This document shows, piece after piece, positions 18,086 through 26,474 of a DNA stretch of 37,390 bases. The stretch comes from Nitrospirota bacterium. Its GTDB lineage: Bacteria; Nitrospirota; Nitrospiria; 2-01-FULL-66-17. A program made the position numbers and the translations under genes. The first letter of the stretch is position 1. Every line of letters starts with the position of its first letter. The DNA lies in the NCBI GenBank assembly GCA_049325335.1, contig JBMOMC010000043.1, forward strand, positions 144,362-181,751. The letters run 5' to 3'. The notes under the pieces were generated by a model, which was given only the letters and a program-made list of their open reading frames with translations, ran no database searches and was not told the origin of the DNA.

Positions 18086-18499
18086 CTAAGCGGCGCGCTT
18101 GTTCATCTGCAACGCCCAATCATACGACGCATCGAGCAGGCTGCGCACCGAGATCATCCCGACCGGCACGCCGTCGCGCGTGACCAACAGGTGGCGGATG
18201 CGCTGCGCGCCCATGGCCTCGTGTGCGGCTTCTAGGGTGGCGTTCTCGTCGATCGACGTCACGGGAAAACTCATAATGGCCTCCGCGGTGATCGCCGCCG
18301 CATCAGCCCCCTCGCCGAGGACTTTGCGCACCAGATCGGTTTCCGTGATGATGCCCACAAACCCTCCGCCCTGTTCAACCAACAGGCAGCCGATGCCTTC
18401 AGCGGCCATCAGCCGCGCGGCCTCGTGCGCGGTCGCGGACGTGGGGACCGAAAGGATCTTGGCCGACATGCACTTTTTCACGGGGGTACGAGGGATCAT
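18086..18499 (-). CDS. CBS-pair domain protein
   Basis: AHEAARLMAAEGIGCLLV...GIITETDLVRKV and IRHLLVT...VGMISVRSLL. AGGAGG SD before ATG 18499. Confidence 0.9.
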   Translation of the reverse strand: MIPRTPVKKCMSAKILSVPTSATAHEAARLMAAEGIGCLLVEQGGGFVGIITETDLVRKVLGEGADAAAITAEAIMSFPVTSIDENATLEAAHEAMGAQRIRHLLVTRDGVPVGMISVRSLLDASYDWALQMNKRAA

Positions 18500-18551
18500 C
18501 GCGCGTCCTCCTGTGCGGGAGAAGCGTAGCCCAACACCGGAGATTGCGCTA

Positions 18552-18678
18552 GGAGCCTGTCCATGAAAGGCCATCTGCGGCGTTGTCGGTCGGCCTTGCG
18601 TGCTCACATACGCCCCAGTACGCTCCGCGCGCAAGGACCTTCCTCCGCCTTGCATCTGGCCTTCCCTGAACAGGCTCC
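18552..18678 (-). mobile_element. MITE-like repeat, copy C
   Basis: About 27-bp imperfect terminal inverted repeats beginning GGAGCCTGT. Minus strand reads CAGATGCAAGGCG...GGAGCGTAC...GTATGTGAG...CAACGCCGCAGATGGC. Confidence 0.7.
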
Positions 18679-18736
18679 GACTTTGGTTACTGTGACACGC
18701 TCTACTAAGCGTTGGTTACGCTCAGCACGCGGGATC

Positions 18737-19588
18737 TTACAGTCGAAGGAGCCGGCGGGCGTTGTCGAGCAGGATTTTTTGCCGGACTTCGGGGTTGAAC
18801 CCGAGTTTGTCGAATTCGGTCAACCACTGGTCGGGCGTGAGGAATGGGTAGTCCGTGCCGAACAGGATCCGGTCTTGCAACAGGGACTTCGCGTATTGTA
18901 CGAGGGTCGGCGAGAAATACTTGGGCGACCACCCGGACAGGTCGATGTACACGTTGGTCTTGTGCACCGCGATGGCCAGCATCTCGTCCTGCCACGGAAA
19001 CGACGGGTGCGCGCCGATGATGGTCAACCCCGGAAAGTCTGCGGCCAGATCGTCCAGCGCCGGCATGGGATTGCCGTACTTGAGGTGCAGGCCATTGCCG
19101 CCGGGCACGCCTGCGCCTACGCCGGTGGTGCCGGTGTGAAACATGACCGGGATTCCCAGGCCGACGCACGCGTCCCATAACGGGTAGAAGCGCCGATCGC
19201 TCGGCCAGAACGCCTGCACGATGGGGTGCAGTTTCAGCCCCCGCAGGCCCAATATGGAGATCGCGCGTTCGATCTCTGCGACGGCGAGTTTGCCTTTCCA
19301 CGGATCCACGCTGGCGAACCCGATGAACACGTCCGGGAATTTGCGCACCGCCTCGGCCACAAAATCGTTCGAGACGCGGGGGAGCCCGGTGGCGGTTTCG
19401 GCGTCCCACGCCAAGAGGACCGCGCGCATGTCCGCGGTCCGATACATGACCGCCATCTCGTCGAGCGTGACGGGCGGGCCGTGTTTATGGAAGTAGGCGA
19501 GCGCGTCGGCCATATACTTGCCGCCGCCCTCGACCAAATACTCCCGGGTGCCGGGATGAACGTGGACGTCAATCGCGCGCACGGTCAC
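18737..19588 (-). CDS. Amidohydrolase_2 family metallohydrolase
   Basis: IDVHVH, GLKLHP, MFHTG, IIGAHP, YIDLSGW, FGTDYP. Confidence 0.9.
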   Translation of the reverse strand: MTVRAIDVHVHPGTREYLVEGGGKYMADALAYFHKHGPPVTLDEMAVMYRTADMRAVLLAWDAETATGLPRVSNDFVAEAVRKFPDVFIGFASVDPWKGKLAVAEIERAISILGLRGLKLHPIVQAFWPSDRRFYPLWDACVGLGIPVMFHTGTTGVGAGVPGGNGLHLKYGNPMPALDDLAADFPGLTIIGAHPSFPWQDEMLAIAVHKTNVYIDLSGWSPKYFSPTLVQYAKSLLQDRILFGTDYPFLTPDQWLTEFDKLGFNPEVRQKILLDNARRLLRL

Positions 19589-19621
19589 ACCAGGATCGAC
19601 GAATCGAACAACACGACATGG

Positions 19622-19864
19622 TTACCGCGGTAACCGCGAGTGGGTGCCGTCACACATCGGCGGGTTGCCGGTCTTCTTGCAGCCGCACCAGGCCACGCGT
19701 TTGGCCTCGGCAATGGTGGTTTCCAGGGGCGTGAATGTGGTCCCCTTATGCGATCCGTCGCAGAAGGGTTGGCCCTTGGAGCGGCCGCAGCGGCACCAAT
19801 AGTAGGTGCCCGGGGTCATGTCCTTATTGTAGGGGAAGCGTTGCGCGATGACGGGCTCGTCCAT
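19622..19864 (-). CDS. CDGSH iron-sulfur domain protein (two [2Fe-2S] motifs)
   Basis: WCRCGRSKGQPFCDGSH and WCGCKKTGNPPMCDGTH. GAGGAG SD. Confidence 0.95.
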   Translation of the reverse strand: MDEPVIAQRFPYNKDMTPGTYYWCRCGRSKGQPFCDGSHKGTTFTPLETTIAEAKRVAWCGCKKTGNPPMCDGTHSRLPR

Positions 19865-19899
19865 GGAGGGCTCCTCTCAACCGTGAGTTGACGCGTGAA

Positions 19900-20268
19900 T
19901 TAGTCGTAGCCGTACCGTTCGATCGTCTCTTCGTCGAACCCGAAGTAATGCGCGATTTCGTGGACCAACGTCACCTCAATCTCGTAGATGAGTTCCTCGC
20001 GATCAGGAAAATCCTCTTCCAGCGGGCCCTGATACAGGGTAATGACGTCCGGCGTGGTGTTGCCGTAGTCCGCGGCCCGATCCGGCAGCGGGGTGCCGGT
20101 GTACAGGCCGTATAGCACGTCGTCCGGATCGCCGGTGACGTCCTCCATCAGGGAGGGATCGGGCCAATCTTCCAGCACGACTTGGACGTTCTGCATGGCC
20201 ATCCGGAATTCGTCCGGGATTCGTTCAAGCGCGGCCGACACCAGGCGCGTGAACTCGTTGCGCGTCAT
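19900..20268 (-). CDS. Minimal zincin metallopeptidase family protein (Zincin_1)
   Basis: LYGLYTGTPL, PDVITLYQ, TLVHEIAHYFG. Confidence 0.9.
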   Translation of the reverse strand: MTRNEFTRLVSAALERIPDEFRMAMQNVQVVLEDWPDPSLMEDVTGDPDDVLYGLYTGTPLPDRAADYGNTTPDVITLYQGPLEEDFPDREELIYEIEVTLVHEIAHYFGFDEETIERYGYD

Positions 20269-20271
20269 GCG

Positions 20272-20940
20272 TCAGTTGACGGCGCGCGGTTCCACGCGAA
20301 CGTCGGCGATATCCGCGTCCAGCCCCATGCCGACCGTCACGCCGATCCCAACCCCTTCCGGGCCGGGAAGTTCTCCGTAGATGCGCTCAAAATCCGCCAC
20401 CGCATCCACGCGCGCGGTCACCCACCCGTCGGGGTCCGGGGCGGCCCCGCTCTGGATCACGATCTCGGTGGCGCCGAAAAATCCGCCGGGCCGGATCGTT
20501 CCCGCGGGTTCCTTCGTGCTCCAGAGGTACTTCACGATGGTGGGGATGCCGAATGAGTCGCGGTGGATGGACACGTAGAAGGCCACGGATCGGCGCTTGT
20601 CCTCAGGGAAAGATTTGAGCCGCCACTTCCACGTGACGACCGGATGGGTACGCGTATCCCAGGGCACGTACTTAAAGACCCTGACCCCGGGTTTGTCACC
20701 CACGCTGGCGGTCAAATACGGCCCGGATTCATCCGACACCACGCGATAAATGTCCGCGGCGCGGGGATTGTCGTCCTTGATTTTCCATTGCTGGGGGAAG
20801 GAGGCGAAGTCCTCGATGAGCGTGCCGGTTGCGTCGCAATACGCGGGGCCGGGCGCGGCAAACCACGCCATGACCACGATTATGAACCCCACGCTGCGCG
20901 CGGTCACGTGGCCAGCCTTGCGAAAGAGGTCAAAAGACAT
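20272..20940 (-). CDS. Exported protein, DUF3047-like
   Basis: Signal peptide; HPVVTWKWR, IVKYLWS, WVTARVDAVADFERIYG and GIGV resemble DUF3047. Confidence 0.65.
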   Translation of the reverse strand: MSFDLFRKAGHVTARSVGFIIVVMAWFAAPGPAYCDATGTLIEDFASFPQQWKIKDDNPRAADIYRVVSDESGPYLTASVGDKPGVRVFKYVPWDTRTHPVVTWKWRLKSFPEDKRRSVAFYVSIHRDSFGIPTIVKYLWSTKEPAGTIRPGGFFGATEIVIQSGAAPDPDGWVTARVDAVADFERIYGELPGPEGVGIGVTVGMGLDADIADVRVEPRAVN

Positions 20941-20947
20941 GAAGTCG

Positions 20948-20977
20948 ATGGTAGAAGAATGCCGTTCGCGTTGTCAA
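20948..20977 (-). promoter_or_regulatory. Sigma70-type leaderless promoter of the DUF3047-like operon
   Basis: Minus strand TTGACA-N18-TACCAT, 7 nt before ATG 20940. Confidence 0.6.
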
Positions 20978-21063
20978 TACGCCATCTGACGGGGGGCGAC
21001 GATTGCGCGCGCAACCCTGAACCGGGCGTCGCAACGGGCCTGTGATACAATCCGGCGCTCGCC

Positions 21064-23496
21064 ATGAACTCACCTTCCGTGTCCTCAGGCGATTCGAATT
21101 CCGCTCGGTTTGCCGAAGTGGTGGTGGCGGCCACCCCGGATCGGGTGTACCACTACAACATTCCGTCGGAGTTGAGGACGGCGGTGCGTCCCGGCGTGCG
21201 GGTGCGGGTGCCGTTCGGGGCCCGGGTGCTCGACGGATACGTGGTGCGGCTGGTGGAGCGGACCGACATCGAAACTTGCAAGTCTGTGCTCGACGTGTTG
21301 GACGAGCGGCCGATCATTGACGCGACGATCCTGCAATTTTCTCAGTGGATCGCGGACTACTACCTGGCGCCGTGGGGTCGGGTGTTGGCTGCGGTGGTGC
21401 CCTCCGGTCTCAAGGCGCGGGCGGCCAAACGCGTGGCGGTCACGGACGCGGGTCGAGCCGTAGACGCGTCCGCGGTGCGGGGAGGGGCGCGTCGCCGGTT
21501 GCTGGCGATCCTGTCGGCGCAGCGCAAACCCGTCACGCTGGCGCAACTCGAGCGCTTGGGCGGATCGCCGACCGCGATCCCCGGGCTGATTCAGGCCGGG
21601 TGGGTCGCGGATCACGACGCCTCGCCGAGAAAGCCGGTCGGCCGTCGGCGGCTGTACGCGTCGCTTCCCCCCGATGGACCCTCGGCCGCGGCTCGTCCGC
21701 GTGGGCTGAAGCAGCAGGCCGTGCTCGACGCGGTGATCGCCTCCGGCGGGGCGTTTGTCTCGGACCTCGGCCCCGGCGCCGCGGCGGCCTGTCGAAGCTT
21801 GGAAGCCAAGGGCGCCGTGGTCCTCTCCGCTCGCGAGACGGTTCAAGATCCGTACCGCGACGTGGCGGATCGCGAACCCGCTCCGGCGTTGACCGAATCA
21901 CAACAGCGGGCGGTGGGCGCAGTCTCTGAGGCGATCGGGTCGGAAAAATTTTCGCCGTTCCTGCTGTGGGGCGTGACCGGCAGCGGCAAGACCGAAGTGT
22001 ATCTTCGCGCCATGGCGGCCGCGCTGGACCTGGGGCGCGGCGCGCTGCTGCTGGTGCCGGAGATTTCCCTGACCAGTCAAATCGTCGGCCGGGTGCGTGG
22101 TCGGTTCGGGGACACTGTGGCGGTCTTGCACAGCGGGTTGTCCAACGCGGAGCGGTTGGAGGCGTGGGAACGCGTGCGTCGCGGCGACGCGCGGATCGCC
22201 TTGGGCACGCGATCCGCATTGTTCGCGCCGTTGCCGCGGCCGGGCCTGATCGTGATCGACGAAGAACAGGACGGCTCGTACAAACAGGACGACGGGGTCC
22301 GGTATCACGCGCGGGATTCCGCGCTGGTGTTAGGGCGGGCGTGCGGGGCTGCGGTCGTCTTGGGATCGGCCACCCCGTCGTTGGAGTCGTACGCCAACGC
22401 CGTCTCCGGGCGGTACCGCCTCCTCTCGCTGCCGGAACGCGTGCAGGCCCGCGGGTTGCCCGCCGTCCGAATCGTGGATCTCCGGACCGACGAGGCGCCC
22501 GACGGCCTGTTTTCGCGCGCGTTGCGGGAGGCGATCGACCAGCGGTTGGCCCGACGCGAGCAAGTCGTGTTGGTGCTCAATCGGCGGGGGTTTGCCCCGG
22601 TGGTGGTGTGTCGCGACTGCGGAACGACCGTGCAGTGCGAGCACTGCAGCGTGGGGCTGACGTTTCATCGCGGCCGCGGCCGGTTGTGCTGTCATTACTG
22701 CGGCCTGACCGCGACCCCCCGCGATCGCTGCGCCGAGTGCGGCGGGCACCGCGTGATGCTGGAGGGGGTTGGGACGGAACAGGTGGAAGCGCGCGTGCGG
22801 GCGGAGTGGCCCCAGGCTCGGGTCGCGCGGATGGACCGCGACACCACGGGTTCCAAATGGGCGCACGAGACGTTGCTCGCCGCCATGCGCCGGGGCGACG
22901 CGGACGTCTTGGTGGGCACGCAGATGGTGGCCAAGGGCCACGACCTGCCGAACATCACCTTGGTCGGCATCATCAACGCGGACGTGGGGTTGTCGTTGCC
23001 GGACTTTCGCGCCGGCGAACGGATCTTCCAACTGCTCACGCAGGCCGCGGGCCGGGCCGGCCGCGGCGACCGGCCTGGCGAGGTGATCCTGCAAACGCGG
23101 CGTCCGTCGCACGACGTGCTCGCCTTTGCGCAGCACCACGACGTGGCCGGGTTCTACGAGCGCGAGATCGAGCGGCGCCGGGAGTTGGGGTACCCGCCGT
23201 TCGGTCGCCTGGCCATCATCCTGATTTCAGGGGCGCACGAGGCCGAGGTGATCGACGTCGCCAAGCGCCTGGTGCGCGACGCGAACGCGGCGTCAAGCGA
23301 GGGGGTGGCGGTACTCGGTCCGGCGCCCGCGCCGCTCTGGCGGCTCAAGGGGCGGCATCGCTGGCAAATCGTGCTGAAAGGCCCGCAAGGCCCCGCGGTT
23401 CGACGGACCGCCCGCGCGATGACGACGCGCGTTGGAGACGGGCTCCCTCGCGGCATACGCGTTGATGTGGACGTGGACCCCCAACATGTCTTATAG
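21064..23496 (+). CDS. priA: Primosomal protein N' (replication restart helicase)
   Basis: GVTGSGKTEVY, LVPEI, DEEQDGSYKQ, GSATPSLES, LNRRGFAP, four CxxC Zn motifs, GTQMVAKGHD, PDFRAGER, QAAGRAGR. Confidence 0.97.
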   Translation: MNSPSVSSGDSNSARFAEVVVAATPDRVYHYNIPSELRTAVRPGVRVRVPFGARVLDGYVVRLVERTDIETCKSVLDVLDERPIIDATILQFSQWIADYYLAPWGRVLAAVVPSGLKARAAKRVAVTDAGRAVDASAVRGGARRRLLAILSAQRKPVTLAQLERLGGSPTAIPGLIQAGWVADHDASPRKPVGRRRLYASLPPDGPSAAARPRGLKQQAVLDAVIASGGAFVSDLGPGAAAACRSLEAKGAVVLSARETVQDPYRDVADREPAPALTESQQRAVGAVSEAIGSEKFSPFLLWGVTGSGKTEVYLRAMAAALDLGRGALLLVPEISLTSQIVGRVRGRFGDTVAVLHSGLSNAERLEAWERVRRGDARIALGTRSALFAPLPRPGLIVIDEEQDGSYKQDDGVRYHARDSALVLGRACGAAVVLGSATPSLESYANAVSGRYRLLSLPERVQARGLPAVRIVDLRTDEAPDGLFSRALREAIDQRLARREQVVLVLNRRGFAPVVVCRDCGTTVQCEHCSVGLTFHRGRGRLCCHYCGLTATPRDRCAECGGHRVMLEGVGTEQVEARVRAEWPQARVARMDRDTTGSKWAHETLLAAMRRGDADVLVGTQMVAKGHDLPNITLVGIINADVGLSLPDFRAGERIFQLLTQAAGRAGRGDRPGEVILQTRRPSHDVLAFAQHHDVAGFYEREIERRRELGYPPFGRLAIILISGAHEAEVIDVAKRLVRDANAASSEGVAVLGPAPAPLWRLKGRHRWQIVLKGPQGPAVRRTARAMTTRVGDGLPRGIRVDVDVDPQHVL

Positions 23497-24186
23497 CCGT
23501 GATCCGCGTTGACGCGCTCGAAACCATGAGGCGGTCTTCGGGCAGTCGCCGGTCTCGGTGACGTCCGTTCGTAGCCGCGCCAAATCGCGTGGGCGGTCCA
23601 CGTCGTACCATGGCGGCAGCAGCGCGACGCGCGCGCGCGGGATCTTGTCGAGCGAGGAGGCCAGCACGTCCGGGCCGCCCCAGGGGATGCCCTGAAACAT
23701 CTTGGGGTAGAGGCGTCGTTGGCCCACCAAGTAATACCCGCCGTCCTCGGATGGACCGAACACGATGTCGGCCCAGTCCAGTGTCCGGAGCGCGTTCTCG
23801 ATGTACGCGATCGGCAGGGTCGGACTATCCGTGCCGATGATCACGACTTTCGGGTAACGCGTCAGCAACCGCGCCGCAACTCGCTGCATGCGGGCCCCGA
23901 GGTCTCCGGAGCCTTGGGCGATCGTGCGCGCGTGGTAGCGACGGCCGCACGCCGATAGGAACGGATGCCTTGGTTGCGGCGTGCAGGCCAGGAACCGTGC
24001 GACGTCCAGGGAGGCGACGCGCCGAAGCGTGTCCGCCACGAACGCCGCGTGCAGTCGCGCGGCTTGCGCGGGCGTGAGCGGAGGGATCAGCCGCGTTTTC
24101 ACGGTTCCCGGAAGCGGCGCTTTGGCGAATACCGCCACGGCGCACTCCGGTCCGGGGCGGGGGGCGGGGTCAGCGGATCGCGGCAT
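23491..24186 (-). CDS. TIGR04282/DUF2064-type glycosyltransferase-like protein
   Basis: FAKAPLPGTVKTRL, QGSGDLGARM, IIGTDSPTL, GPSEDGGYYLVG, WYDVD. Start at ATG 24186 is inferred. Confidence 0.88.
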   Translation of the reverse strand: MPRSADPAPRPGPECAVAVFAKAPLPGTVKTRLIPPLTPAQAARLHAAFVADTLRRVASLDVARFLACTPQPRHPFLSACGRRYHARTIAQGSGDLGARMQRVAARLLTRYPKVVIIGTDSPTLPIAYIENALRTLDWADIVFGPSEDGGYYLVGQRRLYPKMFQGIPWGGPDVLASSLDKIPRARVALLPPWYDVDRPRDLARLRTDVTETGDCPKTASWFRARQRGSRL

Positions 24187-24910
24187 ACCGGCGCACCAAC
24201 CGATCGGGGCTGACGCCGAGGGCATAGAGCGCGCGCAGCCACCACATGAGGATGATCGTGCGCCACACGCCGTGACGGCGCCACCGACGCACGGACGTCC
24301 GCACGCGCGAATGCAGGCACGCCACGCGGCCGCGGCGTTTGAGGCGGACGGAGAAATGAATGTCTTCCATGAGCGGGATGAGCGCGAATCCGCCGAGCGT
24401 CTCAAAGACGCTTCGCCGGACGAACATGGCCTGATCCCCGGTGGCGATGCGCGTGAGGCGGGACCGAAGGTTCATCAACGTCTCGATGACTCGGAAGATC
24501 GGGCGTGGGTCGTCGAGCGTGACGTCGAAGCGGCCGCCCGCCACCAAGGGGTCGGAGAACGCTCGCGTGAGGTCTTGCAGAGCCTCCGGCGGCAGGTGCG
24601 TGTCCGCGTGGAGGAACAGGATGACGTCTCCGGTCGCGGCCGCGGCTCCGGCATTCATCTGAACCGCCCGACCAGGGGGCGCTTGGAGCACCACGCAGCC
24701 GGCGGCGATTGCGACGGCGCGCGTGTGATCAACGCTTCCGCCGTCGACCACGATCAGTTCATCGGGCCCGGTCGCGGCGGCCGCGGCGAGCGTGTCCCCG
24801 ATGCCCCCTTCTTCGTTCAGGGTGGGGATCACGATGGACACGGTTACGGCGGGAGGCGACGCGGCGTGACCGCCCGCCCCGTTCGAGGCGTCCGCTCTCT
24901 CCGTTGACAC
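24170..24910 (-). CDS. TIGR04283-type GT2 glycosyltransferase
   Basis: SIVIPTLNEE, VVDGGSVD, GRAVQMNAGA, FLHADT, TGDQAMFV, IPLMED, TSVRRW. Confidence 0.9.
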   Translation of the reverse strand: MSTERADASNGAGGHAASPPAVTVSIVIPTLNEEGGIGDTLAAAAATGPDELIVVDGGSVDHTRAVAIAAGCVVLQAPPGRAVQMNAGAAAATGDVILFLHADTHLPPEALQDLTRAFSDPLVAGGRFDVTLDDPRPIFRVIETLMNLRSRLTRIATGDQAMFVRRSVFETLGGFALIPLMEDIHFSVRLKRRGRVACLHSRVRTSVRRWRRHGVWRTIILMWWLRALYALGVSPDRLVRRYAAIR

Positions 24911-24923
24911 CGGCGGCGACCCC

Positions 24924-25196
24924 TTATCGGGTCGTCAATGCGGCTTGAAGCGCCCGGAGTTGCGCGTCCCGATCATCCAGCCCGGAGAGCACCGCGGCCA
25001 ATTGGTGTTTCAGATACGGGGTGACGGCAACCGCGTCCATCAGCGCGGCGCAGAACGCGTCGGGAGCCGCGGACGCCTGACCCGCGAGGCGGGTCACCGC
25101 CTCGTCGCTGACGGGCCAATAATACGGCCCGGCGTGAAACAGCACCGGATAGATCCCGGCCGCGCGGCGCTCGATACGAAGTTGTTGAGTGGGCAT
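24924..25196 (-). CDS. Hypothetical protein (90 aa)
   Basis: AAGGAG SD, co-oriented between comF and the GT2 gene, and protein-like composition. Confidence 0.7.
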   Translation of the reverse strand: MPTQQLRIERRAAGIYPVLFHAGPYYWPVSDEAVTRLAGQASAAPDAFCAALMDAVAVTPYLKHQLAAVLSGLDDRDAQLRALQAALTTR

Positions 25197-25238
25197 GGGT
25201 CAGGTTCTCCTTGAGAATCGTCAGCGGATGGTTGCCTG

Positions 25239-25964
25239 TTACGGGAGTCGCGCCACGGTGACCACGTACACGGCGGAGGCCTCCGCGGCGCGTAAGGCGT
25301 TCGCGCATTCGTTGACCGTGGCTCCCGTCGTATACACGTCGTCCACCAGCAACAGCCGGTGTCCGGCCACCCGGTGCGGGTGACGGACGGCGAACGCGCG
25401 TCGGACATTGGCCTGACGGTGCGCGCGATCCAGAGTGGTTTGGGGCGTGGTCCAACGAGTGCGCCGCAGGATGTCCGGCCATACGGGACGATTGAGCCGA
25501 CGGGCGACTTCCGCGGCGAGTCGCAGCGACTGGTTGAACTGGCGACGGCGAAGACGCCGGACGTGCAACGGGACCGGGACCACGGCGTCCACCGGCGGGA
25601 GCGAGTCCACGACCCCGTGCAGGAGTTCGGCCAATACCGGGATCAGGTCGAGTTCTCGGTGGTATTTGCATCGACGGATCGCGTCGGCTAACGGTCCTTC
25701 GTACCGTCCTGCGGCCACGGCTTGGGTAAACGCCGGAGGGTCTTCTCGACACGGCCCGCACCGGTGGGTGGGACTGTGCGAGACCGCGGCCTCGGACGAA
25801 AACGGCGTCCCGCAGAGCGCGCAGCGCGGGCCGTCGATTCGAGGCATCGTGTCCCAACAGGCCGCACACACGGCGCGACGCTCCATGGCGGAGAGTCCGC
25901 GACGGCACGTCGCGCAGCGACGCGGCAACACGGCGTCGAGCGCCGACCGAACAAGCCCCAACAT
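25239..25964 (-). CDS. comF: ComF family protein (Zn ribbon plus PRTase)
   Basis: Four CxxC pairs, VPVPLH, RRQFNQS, LLVDDVYTTGAT. Confidence 0.92.
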   Translation of the reverse strand: MLGLVRSALDAVLPRRCATCRRGLSAMERRAVCAACWDTMPRIDGPRCALCGTPFSSEAAVSHSPTHRCGPCREDPPAFTQAVAAGRYEGPLADAIRRCKYHRELDLIPVLAELLHGVVDSLPPVDAVVPVPLHVRRLRRRQFNQSLRLAAEVARRLNRPVWPDILRRTRWTTPQTTLDRAHRQANVRRAFAVRHPHRVAGHRLLLVDDVYTTGATVNECANALRAAEASAVYVVTVARLP

Positions 25965-26094
25965 CCGAGGGCGGGTTGTACCACACCATTTCAGAGGGCG
26001 TCAACGAACGCGTGTCGAACCGGCGGAATGAAACCGACCGGCGGTCTGTCGAGCACAGAGATATCGCGCGGCGGAGCCCTTCGGGGGGCGGTTC

Positions 26095-26124
26095 TTGACC
26101 ACGTGAAAAACCGGCCGGTATAAT
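26095..26124 (+). promoter_or_regulatory. Sigma70-type leaderless promoter of the tusA-like gene
   Basis: TTGACC-N18-TATAAT, 6 nt before ATG 26131. No SD. Confidence 0.7.
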
Positions 26125-26130
26125 CGCTGA

Positions 26131-26376
26131 ATGGATCATACGGATATTCGTATCGACGTTGAATTAAACCTGCGCGGCGTGCATTGTCCCTATAACTACG
26201 TCCGCACCAAACTCAAGCTGGAAGAAATGCGCGCCGGGGAGATCCTGGCCGTGACTGTTGACGCCGGTGAACCGGCCCGCAACGTTCCTCGGAGCGTGGC
26301 CAACGACGGTCACCGGGTGCTCGAACAAATTCCCCTGGATTCCGCCCTGCGTATTGTGATCGAAAAGGTCGGGTAG
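26131..26376 (+). CDS. TusA/SirA-family sulfur carrier
   Basis: LNLRGVHCPYNYVRTKLKLEEM, GEILAVTVD, NVPRS. Has a CPxN variant of the CPxP motif. Confidence 0.88.
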   Translation: MDHTDIRIDVELNLRGVHCPYNYVRTKLKLEEMRAGEILAVTVDAGEPARNVPRSVANDGHRVLEQIPLDSALRIVIEKVG

Positions 26377-26474
26377 TTTCCGGCCTTCCCGCGTGGTCCC
26401 TCGGCGATTGACACGCCGAGCCCATCCGCTACACTCAATGCCGCTCTGACTCATTCCTGCCGCCACGTGCCTTG

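Noticed and set aside
18500..18655. Extended N-terminus of the CBS protein
   Set aside because: It runs through repeat copy C; a strong SD supports ATG 18499.
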